Below, piece after piece: positions 54,131 through 64,000 of a DNA stretch of 64,000 bases (positions are counted from its first letter, which is position 1; each line of letters starts with the position of its first letter). The translations under genes were made by a program, and so were the position numbers. A model generated the notes under the pieces. That model did not search any database. It had not been told where the DNA came from and saw only the letters and a list, made by a program, of their open reading frames with translations. Location: assembly GCA_013239625.1 (NCBI GenBank), contig MU056000.1, forward strand, positions 13,715,175-13,779,174, written 5' to 3'. The DNA is from Lama guanicoe. Lineage: Eukaryota.

Positions 54131-55484
54131 TGGCAAATGAAATGGTTGACTACACAGAATGAAACTCTACATTTTCCAGATACATTTCTGCTATTTCAAA
54201 GCAGTTTTGCATCATAGTATCAAAACTAGGTAATAACTGGAAAAAAAATTTATTTGTTTACATCCTCAGGAAGGATGAAGGGTTGCATTGTAGCACCCCA
54301 TTGCCTCTCAACATTTTCAGTGCCATGAACACAATTGTAGAAGTGAAATCACATCTGTTCATTATCCAAAGCTTAAAGAGGTAGGAAATACCATGCTGAA
54401 CTAAATTAATCCATTATTTTAATAGAACACAGACATACCTGTATAAAACTTTCCTATGGAAGTCTTGAATTAGTTTAATATTGGAAAGTGGTTTTAAAGG
54501 GTTAGAGTGTTGAGTGAACACTGTAGGGAAAGGCGGAGGGAGTCATGGCTGGAGGCTGTGGGTCCACAAGGGGTGGATTTGCTCAGTCAGTGAAGACTTG
54601 TATTATAGTTTTGTTGACATAGATCAGTTTGTGGAGGGCACATTTTCCCAAATCATATTCCTGCTGTCATTGGAAACCAGCTTCAGTAGCGCTTCCAAAA
54701 TCACCCATGTCAGAGCACATCTCCCAGGCAGTTGTAAACAGAGTGTAAACAGAGTGCACACAGGAGCCGGCTCACGGAGGCCTCTGCCCACTTGGCTTTC
54801 CCCCTCTTGCACTCCTCTTCCCATCTTCCGTGGTGAGCCCCTGCACCCAGACGCTTTGACTCAGAAGTTGACAAAGTTTATGAGTCTCTGCTTTTTGAGA
54901 CTTCCCTTTAATTCCCAGAAAGATCTTGGCCATCACCAGCAATCAAACCTGTTGTCTTCTTCGTTTTGGCCTTCAAGAACACATTCCTCTGTGTGGAAGA
55001 AGATAACATTCTTTACTTGATTACTAATGCTGATTCTACTTTATTTCGCACATGTTTATGGTTATTTCGATAGAAATAGAGTCAGAAGAGTGGGATTAAA
55101 GAGTTTATAGTCACACTTTAACCAGGAGATATCATCAACTTCTTTGAGTATGTGTATTGGAGAAATGGCATAATGTTTTGTAATAAAATTATATTTTAAT
55201 TATTTTGCAGCATAGAGTTATTGCTTTATGATATTATCCAGGGTGTACACTACATACCTTAAATGGTTCAGACAAAGAATTGTAAGCAAATATTGATTAG
55301 ATAATTCAGAATGGAAATAAGAAAGACAATATCTTTTGTTTCTATCTATTTTGGTGGTAGCTTAACGTGCACTTGAGGAAGTCAAAAAGAAAATTGATTT
55401 GAATATTTTAATACAATAAAATTATATTTATTTACTTTATATATTTATTATAAAATGTATACATGTATCGCTTTACTAAAAGAC

Positions 55485-55573
55485 GCTGCAGAACTGTGAG
55501 TGAATAAATTTCTGTTCTTTTAAGACAGAAAGTTTGTGGCAATCAGTTATAGCAGCCACTGAAAATAAAAACA
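55485..55573 (+). mobile_element. MLT1 LTR 3' fragment
   Basis: cagaactgtgagtgaataaatttctgttcttttaag...agtttgtggcaat...atagcagcc. Confidence 0.7.
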
Positions 55574-56329
55574 GGTGATAACGTTAGAAATAGACAGCTT
55601 TGACTTAGAGATACAACCAGGCCTGAAATAATCGGTTCCCATGGAGGATCACCATAACAATATTAGTTGCCAAAAATAATACCAAGTTCAAGTACAATCT
55701 GGACATTACCATATACAAGTAGGACAAATCCCATTTTGTAGTAATAAGATGTTTTATTGGCAGAGTTGATCGGGACATTTTCACGTGTGGGTGCAATTTG
55801 AAGTAATATCCATGCCTGTTGCTAAGGATTCCGTTCAAGGACAACGCTTTGGGGAAAGAGATTTATCAAGTGCTTACAAGGTATCAGAAGCCCATTAGTC
55901 CAGATGAATTTAAGAATGATTCTGCCTCCCAGGCTGATAATTGTCATGCAAACAAAATCACAGCAGAGGCTCTTTCATAAAGACAAATTAGTGAATACTG
56001 ACAATAAAAATGCCTGTTTTAAGATGTAAGATTAAGCCCAGATGAAGAATGCCACCTGCCTGTGAGTTCGAGGTTATCAATTTTTACCCAAACTGAAGGC
56101 TCCTGGCTGACAGCTGATAAAAGCGGGAAGGGGCAGTGAGACTACGAGACTACAGCTTCTCATTTTGACAAGAATCTGTTGCAGCCAGGACATGTGGGGA
56201 TTGTTCAGCCCAGACCTCACCTTGTTGAGCTGTCTTCAGCTGAATTTTCAGATCAGCTACTGTCAATGCTTGCCTCATGCACGCACTGAATTTTTGATAC
56301 TCAAAGGCTTGCATTTACATCATTGCTCT

Positions 56330-56702
56330 GATAGTCATTTGTGCTCTTCAAATATATCTCCAGCTCTCCATCTTCCATGTGAGTGGCCAGATTATACTTC
56401 GTGTCACTGTTGAAGTTTGGTGTGCCCAGGTGATTTGTTCTGACAAATGAAAGGTCAGCAGAAGTTCCTAGTATATTTCCCAGATGGCAATTTCAGGAGC
56501 CACTGTTGTGTTACCATGACTCCATTTTCCTGCCTTGGAAATCATGGATGCATGGAGTGTTAGACACCCTGAGACTTGGTCCTTCAGGAATAAGGAGGTA
56601 AAGCAGAGAAATATGTGAGAAAGAAAAAATAAGATTTTTTTTTAATCCACTGAGATGTTCAGTTTGTTTATTATAGTAAAATAACCTAACCTATGCTGAA
56701 TA
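56330..56702 (+). mobile_element. MaLR LTR (MLT1J-like)
   Basis: caaatgaaaggtcagcagaagt...ggagccactg...ccactgagatg...tttgtta...aacctaacctatgctgaata. Confidence 0.55.
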
Positions 56703-59039
56703 TTTCAAACTGTTAAAAATTTTAATTTTTGGTTTTAGGCTACAATTCTAGATTAATAAAATGATTTTATCTATAATCTTGAAATAATTCATTTTAGAAC
56801 TCAGGAAATATCATATTACATATGCATATTTTTCCATTGTTAATCATTTGTTAGTTAATGAAATCATAGCTTATGTTGAAAAATATCCATTGAATATGAT
56901 TATAGTTTCATATTTTTTATAAGGTCCTCTAAAAGTAAAGGAGAAACTTCGGAAATGCTTTATTGAAATCAGTAGCATCTTGCCTTTTTAAATGATTCAC
57001 ATCTTTTCACTTCTTTTAATGAAAACAAAATATTAACTTTGCTCCAGTTATCTTGCTTTTAGTTGGAGATAAAGGTCTTATAAAGTTGCTTTTCACTTTA
57101 TGTTTCATATCATACAAAAATTATATCAAAGTAAATAATCTCTGATTTTCAAGTCTTTTTCTCTCCTCTCTGTCTCTGTGTCTGTTTCTCTCTTCATACA
57201 CACAACACATACACAGTGCACACACATGCAGACATACATACTCTGATGTATGCTGATATAGATTGGTTCCTATATCTGATCAAAATAGAAGGGAGTCATA
57301 AGAATGAGGACCATCTCCCACTTGCTCAGTATCTGATGCCAATGTACTGCCCAGAGCCTCGCACAAGAGGGAAGGAAAGGGGAGGGGAAGAAGGGAGGGA
57401 TGTTGGGAGGCAAAAAGGACTAGTTTGAATTCAACCAGCTAGAATTCAGAAAACAATAGTATGGAAAGAAAATGGGTGGAGTGTGCTCAGCAGACTTTCA
57501 TTTGACACACACATATAATTTTTCAAAGTGGTTTTCTACTTTCTTTAAGTTATTCAATTGTAATTAGATCCAAATTACACAGCCTCTTAAATGACTTTAG
57601 AGTCTCAGGACTGGTGTTTCTGGGAATCTGCTTCGGTGCAGTAAATTGGATTTTACAAATAATTTAATCCTTTTTTACTCAGTCACATTCACACAAGTTT
57701 TGAATGAAGCGAAAGTAGAGAAAGGTCATCCTATCAATTCTTACGCTTACATAAACTCAAGTCTTGAATGCAAAGGTAACCAAATAAAGAATGTAGGCCA
57801 AATGTTAAAACTCCTGCACAATTTCTGGATTCTATAATCATTTTGACCTCCATTTTTTTAAACTTGCAAATAAACTTGTTAATATCTTCTGCTTCCGGCT
57901 ATACTAGCAAAACATAATATGCTGAATAATTAAATGATAACATAAGTAAAGTACATTGATTAATAATTACTTGAAGAAATATATCTAATCTTAAGAACCT
58001 AACAATTTAAAGACACCGAACATATTTTTGCTTTGGTGTTATTTTAAAACATTAAACATAATCTTTTTTTGTTTGTTTAAATTCAAGAAGACACATAATT
58101 ATTCAGCCTATATGATATTGTCTTGAACTAAAAGTTAACAGTGTGGACCATACTTCACATACTTTATGTCCTACACTGCCATCCTAGGATCACTGTGTGA
58201 AAGCAATTGTGATGGCTACGCAAACAGCTAAATACAAAAGAAAATTGGCTTTTATAACAACACAATAAACATTTCAAAGCAACATGAAGGATGCTCTTTT
58301 TTGAAATATCAAAACATAATATTATATTTATCTCTAGAGGGAAGTCTGATTCTCATAAATTGAAGCTCATTTCAGATTTTGACATAATAAATGTATGCCA
58401 CAGATTATGTATTTCAAAGGTATTTCAAGTCATGCCTCAATCCAAATGAAATGATGTGCATTTTAAGATTCTGGGTCTTAAAAAAAGAAAATAATCATGT
58501 GTAAACCTAAAATTTGACATGCTAATCTTTTAAAACAAATCTTGGATCTCTGAATAAGAGTATGATGGTTCACTAAATGTTACAAAGATACGTCTTATTC
58601 ATACTGTTTTTCAAGATGCTTTTCATTTAAAATGATTTCTTGGCGCTAGCACAGAAAGTTGCTTAGAGGGCTCTCTGATTCTACTTTAATATCATAGCAG
58701 TCCATTGTGTATGCTGCAAAATGTCAATATTACAAGTCTTTGTTTTAATTAATGCTTAGTGATTTGCATTCACTTGGCTAATATGAAAATTGCTATTTCT
58801 CCTTTTTTAATATTCAGTTTTACAATATAATTTTCCCCATAGTTAATATATCATTGCTCATGCTTTTATTTTCAAACTTTCTGAATCATTTTGTTTTAGG
58901 AACATCCCTTATATAGGATAAAAATTTCAGGTTTGTCTTGTTATTCAATCTGAACTGAAATTTCGTAGATGAATCAAACACATTTAAATTTATTGATATG
59001 ACGATATGTATGTTTAATCTTAGTTCCTTTTAAATGTTT

Positions 59040-59620
59040 AACAATGAGGAAGTTATAGGTGAGCTAGGTTAGAATTATTTCTTGCTCTAGTGGAGACAGT
59101 ATTGCAGATGAGAGTGATCTGAAGAATGAATGTGTGATGAGTACATGCCATTCTTTCAAGAAACCTGGCTTCAATGGAGAAGAGAGACTGGGGATTATAG
59201 TGAGGTGCATTGGAATCAAGTCAAGTTTAATTCTCTTTGCTTTGATAAAATGGAAGAGAGCAAGATGATGATGAGATTCAAAGAAATCAGGGAGTGGCTC
59301 AGAAGCGAGTAGAAAACACTGTACACAGAGCAAAAGCTGATTAGCCTAATACCAAGATAGCACTCACTACATTAGAAAGAGAAGTAGGCAAGGCTGGATG
59401 TTGGTAAAAATGTGTTTTGTTTGTTTGATTTTCTTTTCTTTTTTTTTTGCAGAGGTGATAAGAAGACAACTGTTTCATTGGTGAGGTGATGGACGGAAGT
59501 GTGCAAGTGAACATGATGGTAAACAAGCACAGAAGAGAAACCATTCATTCTTTGTTGAATCCACCTTCGATAAACCTGGGACTTGATACATTATTAAGAG
59601 ATACCAAGAAAGAGTAGAGG
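59040..59620 (-). mobile_element. LINE-2 internal fragments
   Basis: ctctttcaagaa-type motif (cattctttcaagaaacctggct) with purine-rich antisense L2 character. Confidence 0.4.
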
Positions 59621-60855
59621 AAGTAGGTGTACAGAAGAAAAGAAGAGTCATTTGAGACCAAGGCAGATTGAATAAAACATTTCCTATAAAGTGAATAAAT
59701 GTATGAATTCAAAGTAGCATTCAAATATAAATAATACATAACTATTTTGTTCTTTACTCAAGTTATACTATCTCATTAGCCATAACCAGCCATAAGCAGC
59801 AACATAGGTAGGTTTTAAGACAGTAAATAATCTTAATTTCAACTTTTCATTCAGACGTAGCCTGTTTCAACATTCTGTTTAACTTGTAATAATTCATATT
59901 ATTTTGGCATGCCATAGTTCATAGAGGGATCTTTAATTTAAAAATGAACCTTTTACTAGGAAAAAAGCAAACAAGATACATCCCACAGAGCCTGAGCAAT
60001 GGACACCCCTCCATCGCTGCCACTGCTACGCCTTCATGGCATTCTCCTGTCAACTATAAGGAAGAGTTAAGGGAAGACATTGAACTCCTAGCCTTAATTA
60101 TTATTACCTTTGTTGTGAATAAATTATTCAAATACTCTTTATTTTTTAACCTGTAAAATAATGTCAATATGGCAAAGCTGCTGTCAAGAAAAAATCGAGT
60201 TAACTCACATAGGACTCTGGGCAAAGAATGGATCCTGAATAAAGGTCAGTTTTCTTCTCCTTCCTTTATAGAAATAACTTGAGTTACACTGTTTCTCTTT
60301 TGAGAAACTCTGTTTAGTTCTAACATTTTAGTATTAAAAATGATAACATAAGAGAGGCAGGAGAAAGATATTCAATAAAAAATAGATCTTTTTTTTTGTC
60401 TCCCTCTGCAATGTTCTGCAAGTACAATTTCTTTAATGCAATGTAATTAAAGAAATAAAATTAGCGACTTGAAATTTTGGCAATATTATTTTGTATATGA
60501 GAAGCTTCGGGGATAAAAGCACTAAATGAAGATAGTGGTGCAAAAATTTTTTTTCTTTTCTAAATAAAACAAATCAAAATCATCTCTCTGCATCCAGGAA
60601 GTTCCATTAAAGAATTGTATGTACACCAATAAAAAAAAATTACTGTTTAAGTACCACGTTCTTTAATCTTTATCCTGGGGCTCCTGCCTCAGCTTTTGTT
60701 CTTTCTAGCAATATTGTTAGTGGATGCCATGCTAAGAATTTTGACACAGAATGTAACAAGAAGCAATGCTACAAACACTTAGAGGGATCCAGCATTTCAA
60801 AAATCTGCAAAATATGCAAAAGCGATATATTCCTTGCATTTGGCAGTACAGAATA

Positions 60856-61092
60856 GAGGGTGGGAAGGGATAGACTGGGATTTCAAAATTGTAGAATAGA
60901 TAAACAAGATTACACTGTATAGCACAGGGAAATATACACAAAATGTTATGATAAATCACAGAGAAAAAAATGTGACAATGAGTGTGTATATGTCCATGAA
61001 TGACTGAAAAATTGTGCTGAACACTAGAATTTGACACAACATTGTAAAATGATTATAAATCAATAAAAAATGTTAAAAAAAATAAAATAAAT
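60856..61092 (+). mobile_element. Young LINE-1 3'UTR tip, same subfamily as 5404-6575
   Basis: Near-identical to the reverse complement of about 5434-5651; the ORF-track peptides 5470-5883 and 60732-61037 mirror each other. Confidence 0.95.
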
Positions 61093-61359
61093 ATATAAGA
61101 CCTAGACTACCAAAACTCTTACAAGCGTATATCATTTTGAACACTGTATTTAAAACAAATTTTCTCTGAAACAAGCTTCCTCCTAGGTATTCCTGGCTTA
61201 TTAAAAGAAAAAAAAAATTAAGCCTCCTTTAATTATAAAACTGTTTTTTAATTGTTATTCTAATCATATGCAATGAAATCATTTATTTATATAGACTTTA
61301 AAGTATGCAGTAGACAAAATCTGTATTTAAGCATTGGTTCTACCATTAAATAACTATGG

Positions 61360-62310
61360 AACATGGCAGACTACTGTCCCAAGGAACCATCTTACCCACG
61401 TTAGAGTTCAGGCTTCTTTTATACTAAAAGGGGAGGGGTTGTGGCTGGTTTTTGCAGACTTTCTGGTGCCAGAATCCTTTGTTCTTGCAGCTGTCTGTCT
61501 AGGTCTGGTCACAGTGTTACTGGGAAAAGGGAAATAAATGTTACCTTCATTCTTAGTCACCTGAAAAAAAAAGATTTTTAACAAAAGACAGAAAGCGTGA
61601 TAGAAACAAGATTTTATCAGTAAAGTAGAAAGGTAGTAAAATATAGTGCACTCCTGAGAATTGGGAGTGGGCTAATCCAAGAGGGGAAAGACGGCATCAC
61701 TCCTTTTTTTCTCCTGTCTTATGTCCTGGCTTAAGGGCGTTTTTTTTGTGATTGACTGATTTATGGCTCAGTTCCTTGTGCTCAGGCATGCCCATCCCTT
61801 TTGTGTAGGTTCTTACCCATGATGCACGCAGAGACATCTATGGGAGGGGCTCAAACCACAATGCTAATTACATTATAATGAGCATTGGGTCAGGTTAACC
61901 CGGGTTCTTCTCTCTGTTGCACAGCCGCAGCGTTGGATCCTAGCTGGCTTCTTTGTTACCCTCAATTTGAGAAAGTAAAGGTTTTTGGAGCCCCTTATCC
62001 TGAGCACAGGTGTACTGTTATTTTCTGATTTGCTCCTTTCCCCTTTTTCTCCCCCTGCCCCATGCTCATTTCTTTCTAACTGCCTAACCATGTTCCTGTA
62101 ATCCTCCAACAAGACACTTGTTATTTTCTGTTCTGCAACTTTTGATTTCTATATGAATGGAAAAGTGTAGTACTTTATAAGGTCAAGCTGGGAGGCAGAG
62201 CCTTGAGAAAGGATTATTATGTATGTATCAGGCCACAGGCAACATTCTTTTACAAAGGTGCAGAGCCAGCAGGACTCATCTTTATAATGTTCAGATTTCT
62301 GACCATTACA
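61360..62310 (-). mobile_element. ERV1-type LTR (host) interrupted by a second LTR
   Basis: ggtctggtcacag | tgttcctgtaatcctccaacaagac rejoin across the insert. cttttatact is TATA-like on minus; ends gaccattaca. The left boundary is approximate. Confidence 0.6.
61515..62090 (-). mobile_element. ERV solo LTR, relative of the 1209-2260 LTR
   Basis: tgttac...gcctaacca termini; block-wise reverse-complement similarity to 1209-1499 plus 2058-2260. Confidence 0.75.
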
Positions 62311-64000
62311 ATAGTCTTTGTAATTTTTAGTTGGAAACTGCTTGTGTATAACTTCCTCATTTTTCTCAGGAGGGTATAAAATCATATCAAGTCTAGTCTC
62401 TTCTCCTCACTCCTGGCTTCAGATGCTTTAGGGTAAGACTGGCTTTGCATACATTTTCTGTCATATTAATTGTAATATTAGGAACTGAGAGCAACATTGT
62501 TTCTAAGAGTTGGTGACCGCTGGAGATTTAGCAAAGCTTATCATGTTCTTCTACCAGTACATTATGCTTTCAATAAGGATATGCAAGTTTCAATTAGCTG
62601 GACTGTGTTTCTCAGCACCCTGTTGCCGTGTATTACTCCTGTCAAGTAAATGCCCCAGGTCTGTTGTACATGAATCACCACTGAGATAATTATAGTGTTC
62701 TCAAGCATAGGACATTTATTTAAAAATTTTAAAATATAACCCTAATGGATAACATTGTTATAGATTCACATTAAAATTGAAATCTGAGATTATGTAAATC
62801 CATATTCAAATTAAACTCATGATACATCTCTCAGAGCTTTCAGCCATCAGTATTGTCATTCAAATTGTAGTTTAAAATCTTGGGTGACACCCATGTTATG
62901 ACACATGCCGGAGGCTATTTATTCACCCTAAATCCCTTTTTGCAATAATTTAAGTGTACAAGACGTTCAAGTTTGAATATGCTATCAACCAAGTTTACTT
63001 TTCAATTTAAGACCCTGAAATCATACAAGGTCAAGCTCAGGTGCATACCCAGAATTGCACCCTGCAAGTAAGCACATCAGAGATGTTTCATTCAGGTAAC
63101 TTTCATTGGCTCACTTTCTTCATACAGAAATAAAACTAGAAGTTAGGCAGATTAAAAATAAATAGAGTCTCCAGATAGTAGTCTTGAAAGCAAACCTATG
63201 AAGTTCTAACTGCATGTTAAAAGAAGGAAGCCAGCTTGAGTATCAGTGGGATTACTATGTAAACAGGGTGTAAATGAAGTTCTTACACATAAAAGGAAAA
63301 TGGCAAAGAGGATAAATAGATTTCTCTCAATTGCCTTGTCTGCAGAAAATGTTAGGGAAATTCTTACACGTGGATCATGCCTTGAAATGGGCAATTAGCA
63401 ATATTATGCTGACTGGTGACATGCTCTTGTCAGTAATTTATATTTTAACATGGATGAACCATTTATGTACTTACTATGTCCAAAATGCTCTTATTAAGCC
63501 ATCAATTCTTTTTTGAAAATGGGTAGTTCATTTTATCTAGTACTTGCTATCAGATTTTACAAGTAGAAGATATTCATTTAGATTATTTTATTCTATCTCT
63601 GAGAGGTGAAATGTCACAGATGATGGGATCTTATTTCACGATGAAAACACAGTACAGGGGAATGGGGAATGTCATTTCATTTAGACATTATAAATAAATG
63701 CCATTCTTTGTCATGAATTACGTGATGATTTCTGGACTCTTCAGTCATTTAATTCATATACAAAATTGTCACACTTACTGATAAACAGAAATAAATGTCA
63801 AAATCTTAGTTTCCAAAATACTCCTTATAAGATCGGCATTAATATTCATGCTTTCCAGGTAAAGCCCACATTAAATTTACAATAAAAATAACTAGTGTTA
63901 TTTATGGGCACAAATATGTACTGAATTCTCTCATTGAGAGACAGTTCTCAATAGATCTCTTCCATTTCTGAAAATCCTGCGAGGAAGCATTGATGCCTTG

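Noticed and set aside
54514..55020. 168-aa ORF, the longest non-L1 ORF
   Set aside because: GTG start, no recognisable domain and no convincing splice context; probably a chance ORF in a GC-elevated block.
1..64000. Prokaryotic-type systems (CRISPR array, operon, defence island, prophage) or an intact provirus
   Set aside because: There are no regularly spaced repeats, no dense coding sequence and no retroviral coding region; the content is mammalian interspersed repeats.

Overview
This is mammalian genomic DNA: AT-rich, CpG-poor and dense in interspersed repeats. It is most likely camelid (alpaca, llama or camel), judged from my recall of the young LINE-1 3'UTRs and a tRNA-derived Vic-1-like SINE, and from seeing no primate Alu, ruminant BovB/Bov-tA or pig PRE-1 elements. 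It reads as gene desert or deep intron. I see no intact host protein-coding gene, RNA gene, operon or CRISPR array. The only convincing protein-like ORF is the C-terminus of LINE-1 ORF2 (5752-6531, minus strand). The main structures are: (1) a near-identical tandem duplication (1736-3394 and 3395-5434) whose junction lies in the tail of a young L1; (2) that L1, with a 17-bp TSD and an 11-nt spacer between two poly(A) tracts; (3) several ERV solo LTRs, including two LTR-in-LTR nests; (4) a two-LTR MaLR provirus remnant; (5) a 1.6-kb GC-rich foreign segment (41775-43362) that splits an MLT1 LTR, has a decayed poly(A) tail and TSD, and carries exon-like sequence from an unidentified gene, which is the most interesting item; (6) a few repeat-poor, motif-rich blocks that may be conserved enhancers. 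I find no support for a wholly new biological system. Repeat family names come from recalled consensus sequences, old-repeat boundaries are approximate, and both need RepeatMasker/Dfam confirmation.
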